Below are positions 10,425 through 20,034 of a stretch of DNA of 64,000 bases, one piece after another; the stretch's first letter is position 1, and every line of letters begins with the position of its first letter. The stretch covers positions 326,705 through 390,704 of the forward strand of contig CBFIBM010000001.1 in the NCBI GenBank assembly GCA_965660855.1, read 5' to 3'. The position numbers were made by a program, and so were the translations under genes. Under the pieces are notes generated by a model. The model saw only the letters and a list, made by a program, of their open reading frames with translations. It searched no databases and had not been told where the DNA came from. The DNA comes from an uncultured bacterium. GTDB taxonomy: Bacteria > Fidelibacterota > Marinisomatia > Marinisomatales > UBA1611.

Positions 10425-12707
10425 ATGTCTTCAGAGGAAAGAAAGTTAGCTGCAATTGTTTTCACTGATATTTGTGATTTTACAAAATTAATGTCAACTG
10501 ATGAGAATAAGGCCATGGCTCTCTTAGAGCAACAGAGAGCTCTACTTAAGCCAATAATAAATAATTTTAATGGTGAATGGTTGAAAGAGATTGGAGATGG
10601 TATTTTAATGTCATTTCCAAGTGCAGTGAATGCAGTAACATGTTCCCTAGAAATTCAGAGAATATTGGCTCATAATCAAGACCTTACAATACGGATTGGA
10701 ATTCACATAGGTGATGTTATTAAAAAAGATGGGGATGTCTTTGGTGATGGAGTAAATATAGCCTCAAGGTTAGAGCCCTTAGCTGAGCCTGGAGGTATAT
10801 GTGTTTCTGAGCGTGTTCATGAAGATATTAAGAATAAACCAGACATTAGTACGGCTTTTCAAGAAGAACAGCTTTTAAAAGGTATTGATAAGCCTATAAA
10901 AGTGTATTCTATTTTTACTAAAATGGGTTCTTTAGATAATTTGCAGAATCAAAAAGATCCGGTCCAGATTAATAAAAAGAGTAAACCTTTAATTTTTATC
11001 TCATTATCAGTGATTTTAGTCATTTTTATATCAATATTTATTATAAAATCTAAAGAAAATGTAGTTGGAGAAGATGCTAGAAAATCTTTGGCGGTATTAC
11101 CTTTTGATAATATGAGTGAAGATAATAAATCAGAATACTTTAGTGATGGTATTACAGAAGATATTATCACTTATTTATCGAAAATAGAGGGCTTAAAAGT
11201 GATCTCCCGTACTTCAATTATGCAGTATAAAGATTCAAAAAAGAATATTAAAGATATTGCAAATGAACTTGGGGTAAATAATATCCTAGAAGGAAGTGTT
11301 CGAAAAGTAAATAATCGAGTTCGTATAACTGGTCAATTAATTGACGCTAAAACCGATGAGCATCTTTGGGCAGAAATATATGATCGTGAACTTGATGATA
11401 TATTCTCTGTTCAAACAGAAGTTGCAAAAAGTATAGCATCAGCGTTAAAAACCGAAATGACTGATGATGATATTGAGAGATTAAGTAAAGTTGTTACTAA
11501 TAATACAGACGCATATGAACTATTATTGAAAATAAAAAATACTAATTATTTAGTCCGTCAAGAATGCTTAAAAAGAGAGGAGGTACTAAAAAAAGTTGTC
11601 GAATTGGATCCAGAATCTTCTTATGCATATGCTAGATTAGGAGGCATTCATTCGTGGATATATTTTTTCGGAATGGATAGAACAAAAAAAAGGCTAGAAA
11701 TGGCTAAGGAGGCGTTAGATAAAGCATTAGAAATAGATCCACTATCATCTACAGCTCATCTCGAGATGGGATTTTATCACTACGCCGGATTTTTGGATTT
11801 TGAAAAAGGGTTAAAAGAGTATAAAATAGCTGATCGACTGTCTCCAAACGACTCAGAGATAAAATGGAGAATTGCTCTCATATTAAGAAGACAAGGTAAA
11901 TTTGAAGAGTCATTTGATCTAATGAAAAAGTGTTTTGATCTTGATCCTAAGAATGCACTCATACCTGATCAAATGGTATTAATGACATCCTATTTAGGTT
12001 TGAGTAACCTATTTGATCGATACTTTAAAATTGCAAGCGATCTCGGAATGAATGTTACCACCGGACTCATGTATAAGGTTACAGAAAAATTTGGAAGAGA
12101 TGGTGACTTGAATGAGTACAAAACAATTATAGAGGAAGCCAGTAAAGTAGATCATGACACTTGGTTTCATAGCTTTATAGCAGAATATTATAGAATTAAT
12201 AAAAATTATGAACTCGCATTCAAACATATTGATAGAATCCGTGATCAAGATCAGAATTCTCAAACAAGTTATACACCGAAAGATTATTTAAGGGCGATAA
12301 TTTACCTTGAGATGGGTGAGAAAGAAAAAGCTATGGAACTTTTCACTATTGCTTTAAATGATATTGAAGAAAAATTAAAAAGTGAGAAAGATGATCCACG
12401 GTTTTTAGCATTTAAAGGAAAAGTCTTAGCTTATCTTGGAAAAGAAAAGGAAGCTATAGAATTTGGAAATAAAGCCACAAATATTGTTTCAGTTGAAAAT
12501 GATAAATTACAAGGTGGCGATTATAATTATAACCTTGCAAAAATTTACTCAGTGACCGGTAATTATGAATTAGCAGTCAATGAGTTAGAAAAGATTTATA
12601 ATGCTCAACCAAAAGCAGCATTTTTAGGATTGTTATTATATGATTATGAATTATCTTATATTCAACAATATGAAGGTTTTCGTAATTTAGTTAATAAATA
12701 TAAATAA
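10425..12707 (+). CDS. Class III adenylate cyclase with TM, TolB-N-like periplasmic module and TPR repeats
   Basis: N-terminal cyclase domain with metal Asp residues in FTDICDF and EIGDG, Lys at the purine-specifying position (LKEIGDG), and GDGVNIASRLE. This is followed by a TM helix, an LAVLPFDNMS...ITGQLID module and a long TPR-like C-terminus. Confidence 0.85.
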   Translation: MSSEERKLAAIVFTDICDFTKLMSTDENKAMALLEQQRALLKPIINNFNGEWLKEIGDGILMSFPSAVNAVTCSLEIQRILAHNQDLTIRIGIHIGDVIKKDGDVFGDGVNIASRLEPLAEPGGICVSERVHEDIKNKPDISTAFQEEQLLKGIDKPIKVYSIFTKMGSLDNLQNQKDPVQINKKSKPLIFISLSVILVIFISIFIIKSKENVVGEDARKSLAVLPFDNMSEDNKSEYFSDGITEDIITYLSKIEGLKVISRTSIMQYKDSKKNIKDIANELGVNNILEGSVRKVNNRVRITGQLIDAKTDEHLWAEIYDRELDDIFSVQTEVAKSIASALKTEMTDDDIERLSKVVTNNTDAYELLLKIKNTNYLVRQECLKREEVLKKVVELDPESSYAYARLGGIHSWIYFFGMDRTKKRLEMAKEALDKALEIDPLSSTAHLEMGFYHYAGFLDFEKGLKEYKIADRLSPNDSEIKWRIALILRRQGKFEESFDLMKKCFDLDPKNALIPDQMVLMTSYLGLSNLFDRYFKIASDLGMNVTTGLMYKVTEKFGRDGDLNEYKTIIEEASKVDHDTWFHSFIAEYYRINKNYELAFKHIDRIRDQDQNSQTSYTPKDYLRAIIYLEMGEKEKAMELFTIALNDIEEKLKSEKDDPRFLAFKGKVLAYLGKEKEAIEFGNKATNIVSVENDKLQGGDYNYNLAKIYSVTGNYELAVNELEKIYNAQPKAAFLGLLLYDYELSYIQQYEGFRNLVNKYK

Positions 12708-12846
12708 AATAAATATTAGGTTTAAATTTCGCTATTTGAGTTAATTACAGTATTATTTTCCATAATAGTAAGTCAGGTATTTTCTCATTTGTATAGTACT
12801 ATTTCTGAAATAATTAAAGTTTATGATTGTGCTCACAATTTCCTAT

Positions 12847-14139
12847 TCAGATAGAATATACCTTTGTCTTTTTATCTCTTCCTTTTAAAGCAATTTCACC
12901 TTGAGATGATGCAATTGAATAGAGATCTTTTGTTAATGCAGTATATATTTCTTGACTAAAAGCTATATCCGTATTGAACTCTTTGTTCGCCTGCTCTAAT
13001 CTAGCTGCAACATTCACAACGTCACCTATAGCAGAATATTGTAACATTCTTTCACTTCCAATATTTCCAGATATGATACTACCAGTGTGAATTCCAGTTC
13101 TTGCTGTTATTTTTTTAATACCATGATTGGACCAATAACGTGATAGTTCAGATTCTTCCCATTTTTCGTTTAGGATTTCTAATTGTTCACGCATTTTAAT
13201 AGCGCATTTAACAGCTTGATTTTCATGGTTTTCAAGTTCTTCAGGAGCACCAAAAACAACCATCATGCAATCACCTATATAGTTAAGGATATGTCCACCA
13301 TGTTTATCGATAATATCATGCATTGCAGTAAAATATTCATTTAAAAACTCCACAGCAACTTTGGGTGACATGTGTTCAATTATTGTTGAGTAAGATGATA
13401 TATCTGTAAAAGATAAGGTAACCCATTTATTTTCACCAGATAGAGCTCCCTCATCAGAAAGCATTTTATCAGATAATACATCACCAAAATAGCGTTTTAA
13501 GGTTTTTTGCATTAAGTTTTTTGTTTGATCAATCGAAACGGTTTTTGCAAAGTTTAATCGATTATTGTGTTCATTATTATACCTGTTCCAAATTATAAGA
13601 ATTATCGGTACTGGAATTGTAAAGACAATTATATCCGTGGAAATTCCATTAAAGTTCATGGCAGGCAGTAATGTTGCTAGTAAAAAGATTAAAAGAGATA
13701 TTGTTGTAACTAAATTAAATGGAAACATAATACCGATAAACATGAATATTGCAGGTATGGATGCTAGAAAATTAATCGCATCTATCTCTGGTGCATTTTC
13801 AATAGCTATGACCTGAAGTACCTGGTATGTATGAACTAATACTACCATGACAGCAATAAATAATCCATGTCTTTTTGCTTTGAATGATTCTGGAAAAATA
13901 AAAAAGGAGAGAGTCATTCCAATTAAGATGGGAAAACCAATCAAAATAGGTCTAAAGCCACCAAGTCTTTGATAGGCAGTGAAAGTATCAAAAACTAGAA
14001 TTAAAGAAATAAAAATAATCGCAAAATTCAATATCTTTTTTAGTTTGATCCACTGAGATTCCATAAACTGATCTTCCATTACAGGATTTTCGAACTTACA
14101 TGTGTATCTGTCTATTCTAGAAAAATTATTTTCATTCAT
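12847..14139 (-). CDS. Membrane-bound class III nucleotidyl cyclase (multi-TM N-terminal sensor-like domain)
   Basis: About 190 aa of hydrophobic helices, then the cyclase core: SFTDISSYS, NYIGDCMMVVFGAP, GDVVNVAARLEQ. Asn replaces the usual Lys/Glu specificity residue. Confidence 0.85.
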   Translation of the reverse strand: MNENNFSRIDRYTCKFENPVMEDQFMESQWIKLKKILNFAIIFISLILVFDTFTAYQRLGGFRPILIGFPILIGMTLSFFIFPESFKAKRHGLFIAVMVVLVHTYQVLQVIAIENAPEIDAINFLASIPAIFMFIGIMFPFNLVTTISLLIFLLATLLPAMNFNGISTDIIVFTIPVPIILIIWNRYNNEHNNRLNFAKTVSIDQTKNLMQKTLKRYFGDVLSDKMLSDEGALSGENKWVTLSFTDISSYSTIIEHMSPKVAVEFLNEYFTAMHDIIDKHGGHILNYIGDCMMVVFGAPEELENHENQAVKCAIKMREQLEILNEKWEESELSRYWSNHGIKKITARTGIHTGSIISGNIGSERMLQYSAIGDVVNVAARLEQANKEFNTDIAFSQEIYTALTKDLYSIASSQGEIALKGRDKKTKVYSI

Positions 14140-14204
14140 ATTTTATGTTTCCAATGTATAGTTTAACAAAATTTTCACAAAAAAAATTAGAAAAATGGAA
14201 TTGT

Positions 14205-14579
14205 TTACGATTTTTGATTTGGATTGGAAACACTCATTTCAATCAATTCCTCAATATCTACATAATCTAGGGCTTTTTCATGAGTTGCTTCAAGGTCAAC
14301 CTGGGGTGCAAATCCAGCTAAGTAGGCCTCTTTCCAACGCAGTGCGCAAATACACCACCTATTCCCCTTTTTGAGTCCTGGGAAGTTATATAGTTCATTA
14401 GGAGTGGATAGGTCATTTCCCCTTGATTTTGAAAATTTCAGGAATTCATTTGTCATAACTGATGCGACAACATGTCTTCCTTGATCTTGATTATTTGTTC
14501 TACAAAATCCATCTCTGAAAAAACCAGTTAACGGTTTTTTTGAGCATAATTTTAAATCTGTGCCTAATACATTTTTCAT
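14205..14579 (-). CDS. DUF2237 family protein
   Basis: 124 aa containing PLTGFFRDGFCRT...GRHVV...GNRWCICALRWKEA, which is characteristic of DUF2237. Confidence 0.8.
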   Translation of the reverse strand: MKNVLGTDLKLCSKKPLTGFFRDGFCRTNNQDQGRHVVASVMTNEFLKFSKSRGNDLSTPNELYNFPGLKKGNRWCICALRWKEAYLAGFAPQVDLEATHEKALDYVDIEELIEMSVSNPNQKS

Positions 14580-14754
14580 ATGATAAGTTACAAATAAACT
14601 AGTAAACTATATTACTAGGGAAAATAAAAAAATAATAGTACCTAAATATAGCAGTTTAAGAATTTAACTTTAGATATATAAAAAAATAAAAATTGCATTA
14701 AAGATGATTTTTTTATTATTATTATTTATGTTAACAATGGAAGGTTCCAATTGA

Positions 14755-15426
14755 ATGGATGTTTTTGAGTTTATCAAAGAAAAAAGAACAGAGGTAAAAG
14801 AAAATACGGAGCAGTATAGAGCTATCTTGGAACCGAAGCTTAGATTATTATCAAAGCAGATTAATTCAAAAATAATTAATAACTTAAATAATCCATGGAT
14901 ATCTAACTTAATCCCATTTGACAGTTCTTCATTATTTAGTAAAAAATATAAAATTGATAATGAAAAGATTAAAAATGCCTATCATAAAATCAATGAAAGA
15001 ATAGGGGAAGAAATTTTTATTGGAGATTGGGAGCTAATAGATCAAAATCGAATAAATACTTTTGCAGAAGTAACAGGGGATAAACAATGGATCCATATTA
15101 ATACTGAAAAAGCAAAAAAAGAATCGCCATTTAAATCTACCATCGCACATGGTTTTCTAACTTTATCCATGATACCAAGGTTGACCGAAAGTCTCCAACA
15201 AAAAAAACTATATTCTAATTCAAAATTGATTGTGAATTATGGTTTAAACCAAGTACGATTTCCATACCCTGTAAGATCTAATTCTAAAATTAGAGGTAGA
15301 GTAAAATTAATCAGTGCAATACCTTTGAAAAAGAGTATTGAAGTTGTGAATGAAATTAGTATCGAAATGGAAGGAAAAAAGCGTTTTGGATGTGTTGCTG
15401 AAACAGTACTAAGGTTATACTATTAA
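14755..15426 (+). CDS. MaoC-like (R)-hydratase / hot-dog fold protein
   Basis: C-terminal 150 aa contain INTFAEVTGDKQWIHINTEKAKKESPFKSTIAHGFLTLS. The N-terminal extension of about 70 aa is unexplained, so the true start may lie further downstream. Confidence 0.8.
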   Translation: MDVFEFIKEKRTEVKENTEQYRAILEPKLRLLSKQINSKIINNLNNPWISNLIPFDSSSLFSKKYKIDNEKIKNAYHKINERIGEEIFIGDWELIDQNRINTFAEVTGDKQWIHINTEKAKKESPFKSTIAHGFLTLSMIPRLTESLQQKKLYSNSKLIVNYGLNQVRFPYPVRSNSKIRGRVKLISAIPLKKSIEVVNEISIEMEGKKRFGCVAETVLRLYY

Positions 15427-15458
15427 ATGATTCTTATAAAAGCAAAGGAAGCGATACA

Positions 15459-16103
15459 ATGATTATAAAATATATTATTTCAGTTTTAGTTTTTTCCCTT
15501 TTCTCTTGCGAGAAAAAACAAGAAGCAAAAAGTACCAGTAATTCTATCAAAATAGAATCACTGCAGGTTGGAAACTATTCTTTAGATAAATTAAAATCTA
15601 AATTATCGTGGGTAGGTCGAGAGATTACCACTAAAACACACACGGGAACCATTGATATTAAAAGTGGAAATATAATGGTGGAGGATAATGGTAATATTTC
15701 AGGGGAAGTTTTACTCGAAATGAATACAATTATAGTCACTGATTTAGAGGGAAGGAGCAAAGAGTATCTTGAAGGACACCTTAAAAGTGAGGATTTTTTT
15801 AGTGTTGTAGATCATCCTGAAGCAAAATTAACATTTAGAAATAATTCAGATATATTAAGTAATAAAATTACATTTGATGGAGAATTAACTATCAAATCGA
15901 TATCAGAAAAAGTTGAATTTGAAGTCTATTTATCACAAGGGTCGCCGAATATTCATGCTGATGCAAGTTTAACATTTGATAGAACAAAATTTAATGTTAA
16001 ATACAGGTCTGGACTATTTTTTGATGATTTGGGTGATAAATTAATTTTGGATGATATCGATGTTAAATTGAATATTATTGCTGATATTCTTGCTGAAAAA
16101 TGA
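15459..16103 (+). CDS. YceI-like lipoprotein
   Basis: Lipobox LFSC. YceI motifs: SKLSWVGREITTKTHTGTI, HLKSEDFF...HPEAKLTF, TIKSISEKVEF, FDRTKFNVKY. Confidence 0.85.
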   Translation: MIIKYIISVLVFSLFSCEKKQEAKSTSNSIKIESLQVGNYSLDKLKSKLSWVGREITTKTHTGTIDIKSGNIMVEDNGNISGEVLLEMNTIIVTDLEGRSKEYLEGHLKSEDFFSVVDHPEAKLTFRNNSDILSNKITFDGELTIKSISEKVEFEVYLSQGSPNIHADASLTFDRTKFNVKYRSGLFFDDLGDKLILDDIDVKLNIIADILAEK

Positions 16104-16112
16104 TTTAATCTC

Positions 16113-16220
16113 TTAAGTCTTTTCTAGATTTTTTGATCCCCAGTCACCTAATTTATTAAAAACTGGAAGTAGTGTTTTACCTTTACTGGTTAGAGAGTAC
16201 TCAACTCTTGGTGGAATTTC
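16113..16220 (-). pseudogene. Remnant (C-terminal ~35 codons) of an HxlR-family transcriptional regulator
   Basis: Manual minus-strand translation gives [35 protein letters not shown]. This matches the wing/C-terminal helix consensus of HxlR regulators. It is preceded directly by an in-frame TAA and has no N-terminal wHTH. Confidence 0.65.
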
Positions 16221-16228
16221 TTAGTAAA

Positions 16229-16634
16229 AATGGAATAATCAATGGAAATATTATCTTAGATATTAAAGTCAATTGACGTTAAGGATTTAGGAGGACAGTG
16301 GAAAGAAAAACTAAATGGTCATTTGAAAAGTCAAGATTTTTTTGATATTGTCAATTATCCAACATCAAATCTAAAATTTAATGGTAACATAAATAATAAG
16401 ATAAATGAACAATATCTATTTAATGGGGACCTTACAATTAAGGGTATCACTCATCCAATTTCATTTGCTTCAAAAATTAACAATAAAAATGAAATGCTGA
16501 TTGTAGATGCAAAACTTACGTTTGATAGGTCTTAGTATGATGTCAGATTTGGCTCTGGAAAATTTTTTGAAAACCTTGGTGATAAATTAATTTTCGATGA
16601 AATAGAGGTGGATGTAATTCTTATTACAAATTAA
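16229..16634 (+). pseudogene. Degraded second YceI-like gene (5' truncated, one frameshift, one in-frame TAG)
   Basis: Three pieces align with the upstream paralogue from about residue 76 to the end. They are NGIINGNIILDIK (frame A), then SIDVKDLGGQWKEKLNGHLKSQDFF...LTFDRS (ORF 16323..16535), then a TAG, then YDVRFGSGKFFENLGDKLIFDEIEVDVILITN*. Confidence 0.75.
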
Positions 16635-16718
16635 ATATCATGTATTATTGATACTATTATTCATTTACTTTAAATAGTGGATTTATATTTTTGTAATAGT
16701 CTAATATATCGATAGGCT

Positions 16719-17858
16719 ATGAAGTATATATTAAAAAGAAGAGAAATAATTAAGATAATAATCGGGGGATTAATATCTATCTTCAGTTCTCTCTTTGGAT
16801 TGAATAAGTTTCATAAAAAAAAGGTTACAAGCGTTTCCATGAATAATATTAAAAGAATAACTAATTTGCCTGAAAACGGACCATGGCCAACATTGGATCC
16901 TTTTTTATTTTGTGTTCATCATAATGATGAATATCCACTCGCAACTAAAAATTATTTTCCTAAATCAAGTTTAAGTGGAAGAAATATTGGAAATGATTTT
17001 TCTAATAAAGATGGGTGGAACATGTATCATGGTGAGACTATTCCAGGTTTTCCAAAACATCCTCATAGAGGCTTTGAAACATTAACGGTAGTAGAAAAAG
17101 GATTTATTGATCATTCAGACTCTTTAGGGGCTACTGCAAGATATGGTAATGGAGATTCCCAATGGTTAACTGCCGGTAATGGAATTAACCACTCAGAAAT
17201 GTTTCCACTATTCAATCAAGATAAGATTAATAAGCTAGATTTTTTTCAAATTTGGATTAACCTTCCAGCCAAAAATAAATTTGTAAGTCCAAAATTTTTA
17301 ATGTTCTGGAAAGATCAGATTCCTAAAGTGAAATTAAAAGATAAAAATGGTGTAGTGTCTACGATGGAAATAATCTCTGGAGATTTTAATAAGATTAAGG
17401 CTCCAGTTGCACCACCAAATTCCTGGGCAAGTAATCCTCTGAATCATGTTGCTGTTTGGGTATTACATTTAAAAAGTAAAGGAATTGTTAAAATACCCAA
17501 GGCTGCTACAGACATCAATAGATGTCTTTATTTAAACAAGGATACCAAAATTAATTTAAATAATAATCCAATAAAAGCTCATACTATGATCGAATTACAT
17601 TCTGACAAAAGCATTTCTTTGGAAAATAAAGGATCTGATACTAAAATATTAATCCTTCAAGGAAAGCCCATTAATGAGCCAGTTGCAAAATATGGACCTT
17701 TTGTGATGAATACAAGATCAGAAATAGAACAAGCATTTCATGATTATAATTCAACTGGATTTGGTGGATGGAAATGGGAAAAACCTGACCCCATACATGG
17801 AAGTTTCAATGGGAAATTTGCGAAGTATCCAAATGGAGATTTCGACAAGCCATCGTAG
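16719..17858 (+). CDS. Pirin-family protein with N-terminal twin-arginine-like signal/anchor
   Basis: Pirin cupin motif FPKHPHRGFETLTVVEKGFIDHSDSLG...NHSEM. The N-terminus is KRREIIK followed by the hydrophobic IIIGGLISIFSSLFG. Confidence 0.9.
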   Translation: MKYILKRREIIKIIIGGLISIFSSLFGLNKFHKKKVTSVSMNNIKRITNLPENGPWPTLDPFLFCVHHNDEYPLATKNYFPKSSLSGRNIGNDFSNKDGWNMYHGETIPGFPKHPHRGFETLTVVEKGFIDHSDSLGATARYGNGDSQWLTAGNGINHSEMFPLFNQDKINKLDFFQIWINLPAKNKFVSPKFLMFWKDQIPKVKLKDKNGVVSTMEIISGDFNKIKAPVAPPNSWASNPLNHVAVWVLHLKSKGIVKIPKAATDINRCLYLNKDTKINLNNNPIKAHTMIELHSDKSISLENKGSDTKILILQGKPINEPVAKYGPFVMNTRSEIEQAFHDYNSTGFGGWKWEKPDPIHGSFNGKFAKYPNGDFDKPS

Positions 17859-17906
17859 GCAATTAATAGATGGTAAAATTTTAAAATAAAATAAAAGGAA
17901 AATTAA

Positions 17907-18299
17907 ATGAAAAAAACATTTAACGATATGGTTGAAGAATCAAGAGATAATCTAGATATTATTGATTCTCACACACTTAATTCTTTGATAGAGAAAAAAG
18001 AAGATATGGTGATAATTGATGTAAATGATAAAGAGGATGTCGAGCAAAGGGGAATGGTAGATGGAGCAATAAATGTTTCACTAGGAACACTCTATTACAA
18101 GGCTGATGATAAAGTTCCTGAAGATTTTAAAGACAACCGTATTCAAGATAGAAATAAAAAAGTAGTGGTTACATGTGGGCTGGGTATGTGCGCAGCAATT
18201 GGTGGGAAAGTTTTAAAGGATATGGGCTTTAAAGATGTTGTTCTTTTAGATGGCGGTGTGACAAAATGGAAAGAAGACGGCTATGAATTAAAAAAGTAA
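17907..18299 (+). CDS. Rhodanese-domain protein
   Basis: 130 aa single rhodanese fold with the active-site loop VVTCGLGMCAA. Confidence 0.8.
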   Translation: MKKTFNDMVEESRDNLDIIDSHTLNSLIEKKEDMVIIDVNDKEDVEQRGMVDGAINVSLGTLYYKADDKVPEDFKDNRIQDRNKKVVVTCGLGMCAAIGGKVLKDMGFKDVVLLDGGVTKWKEDGYELKK

Positions 18300-18310
18300 T
18301 TTAAGTTGTT

Positions 18311-18339
18311 GGGTGCTTGGATATTTTTTTCAAGCATCC
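18311..18339. terminator. Hairpin between convergent genes (possible bidirectional terminator)
   Basis: GGGTGCTTG-(11 nt T-rich loop)-CAAGCATCC forms a 9 bp stem with one G-U pair. There is no flanking U-tract, so this is tentative. Confidence 0.3.
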
Positions 18340-18345
18340 ATAACT

Positions 18346-20034
18346 CTACTTCATTAAAATAATCTTTTTAGTATCGCTAAATGAACCCGCATCAAATAAT
18401 ATGAAATAAACTCCACTGGAATGATTACTTGCGTCCCATTTTTGCAGGTATTTCCCTTCGTTAAATTTTATATTATTTATTATCTGAAATATTTCGTTTC
18501 CCTTTATATCAAATATTTTAAGACTTACCATTTCTTGTTTGTGTAATTGAAATGGTATGTTCACCACTGGATTAAAAGGATTTGGGTAAGATATATTTAA
18601 TGAGTGCTGTTTTGGATAAATCGATGAATTATCATTGTTTAATGTGAACTCAAAGTTAAAGGGTTCTCCTAAATCATGACTCAAGGTAGATCCAAAATAA
18701 CCGGAAACCTCTAATTCTGAAATATTAATAATTTCAAATTCAGAGGTTAAATTGTCATCAGAGTATGTTAATTGAGTTAAAAGTCCCTCACCTGGTGGTA
18801 TTGGATTTCCAAAGTATTGTGAAAGTCCAACAACTAATCCAGCATCATTTGTGGAAATAGTCCAACTTTCTTCTTCGGCTCTTCCACCAGATCCACTAAG
18901 GATGGGAATTGATGAGAGCGTGTTTTCTTCATCTGTTAAAAAAGAAATTTTAAATTGAAATCCATATATTGGTTCATAATTCATTAAGTATATATCTATT
19001 GTTTTATTCATGGTGTTTTGTGCAATAATCTGGAATGAAGCATCTGCATTAGAAATCATTTCGTCACTGTAAACTATCAACTGTGATTCAATAAAATAGA
19101 ATGGTTCAGTATGACCGTTATAATTATAATTACATTCCGCACAGGTTACACCATCAATACACGCTGGATTATTAGGCGAACATGCGTTAAAATAATCTTG
19201 AAGTACGTAATCTAGTTTAATATTTGATCCAGCATTTATGTAATCGAGAAGATTAAAATCTTGAGGAGTTACTTTATCACCCGGACAGAAACCAGCTCTA
19301 TCATAAATCCAAGTACCATTTTGGGGAGAGCAGTTATTACTTTCACAATCAGACCTCCATATGTTATGAATAAAAGTAGGTTCATCATTTATATTTATAT
19401 CATGTATTTTGTAGGAAAACTCTGCTGCATTATCTGTGTTCCCCTGTCCATGACCTGTTGTAATCATCCTTAAATTACTCGCTAAAGCATTTGAAGGTAT
19501 ATATCCATTGTAAGAAGGTATATCAATAGGGTTTGTATTATCCCCATATACTAAATTGGAGTAATTCCATACTTTTCTAATTGAAGTATAAGCGTAATCA
19601 GGATTACCAACAATAAAATCAAAAGAAATTGAAACAAGCCAACCAGGGTCTACCCATGTATCAATGTATGATCTTAAAATTACATCTCCTATTAAAAAAG
19701 ATCTATAATCGGATACGTTTAGTGACCATCCACATTCAACACCATATGGAGTCACATATCTACCAATTTCAAACCAATCATCACGATTATTAACAGAGAT
19801 TTGAGCTTTTCTATCCCAAGGATCACAGCCACCATTTGGACATTCAAGATTAATATTCATAATGATTTCTGAAAAATGTGTGGTATGATTTGGAAATGAT
19901 ATTGTATCAGTAAAAACCCTATTATTTCCAGAGTTTCCAAAAAAGTGATGCACTCTATCCAGAGCAACAATGGTTGTGTCTCCTTTGAGGTTTAAAAATT
20001 GAAATAGGAATATTATGAGAATATATTTTTTCAT
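18346..20034 (-). CDS. Secreted PNGase F-like (peptide-N-glycosidase F family) protein with T9SS C-terminal sorting domain
   Basis: Signal peptide present. ECPNGGCDPWDRKAQISVNN..WFEIGRYVTPYG, SFDFIVGNPDYAYTS, AAEF and YDRAGFCPGDKV resemble PNGase F as I recall it (ECPNKTCDEWDR..., DFDIVYGTPDYKYS, CAEW, PDRAGWCPG). The C-terminus YPNPFNPVVNIPFQL...KKIILMK is a type-A T9SS CTD. Confidence 0.75.
   Translation of the reverse strand: MKKYILIIFLFQFLNLKGDTTIVALDRVHHFFGNSGNNRVFTDTISFPNHTTHFSEIIMNINLECPNGGCDPWDRKAQISVNNRDDWFEIGRYVTPYGVECGWSLNVSDYRSFLIGDVILRSYIDTWVDPGWLVSISFDFIVGNPDYAYTSIRKVWNYSNLVYGDNTNPIDIPSYNGYIPSNALASNLRMITTGHGQGNTDNAAEFSYKIHDININDEPTFIHNIWRSDCESNNCSPQNGTWIYDRAGFCPGDKVTPQDFNLLDYINAGSNIKLDYVLQDYFNACSPNNPACIDGVTCAECNYNYNGHTEPFYFIESQLIVYSDEMISNADASFQIIAQNTMNKTIDIYLMNYEPIYGFQFKISFLTDEENTLSSIPILSGSGGRAEEESWTISTNDAGLVVGLSQYFGNPIPPGEGLLTQLTYSDDNLTSEFEIINISELEVSGYFGSTLSHDLGEPFNFEFTLNNDNSSIYPKQHSLNISYPNPFNPVVNIPFQLHKQEMVSLKIFDIKGNEIFQIINNIKFNEGKYLQKWDASNHSSGVYFILFDAGSFSDTKKIILMK

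Noticed and set aside
12823-12842. Short palindrome ATTGTG-CT-CACAAT between the convergent cyclase genes as a terminator
   Set aside because: The loop is too short, the stem is AT-rich, and there is no U-tract on either strand.
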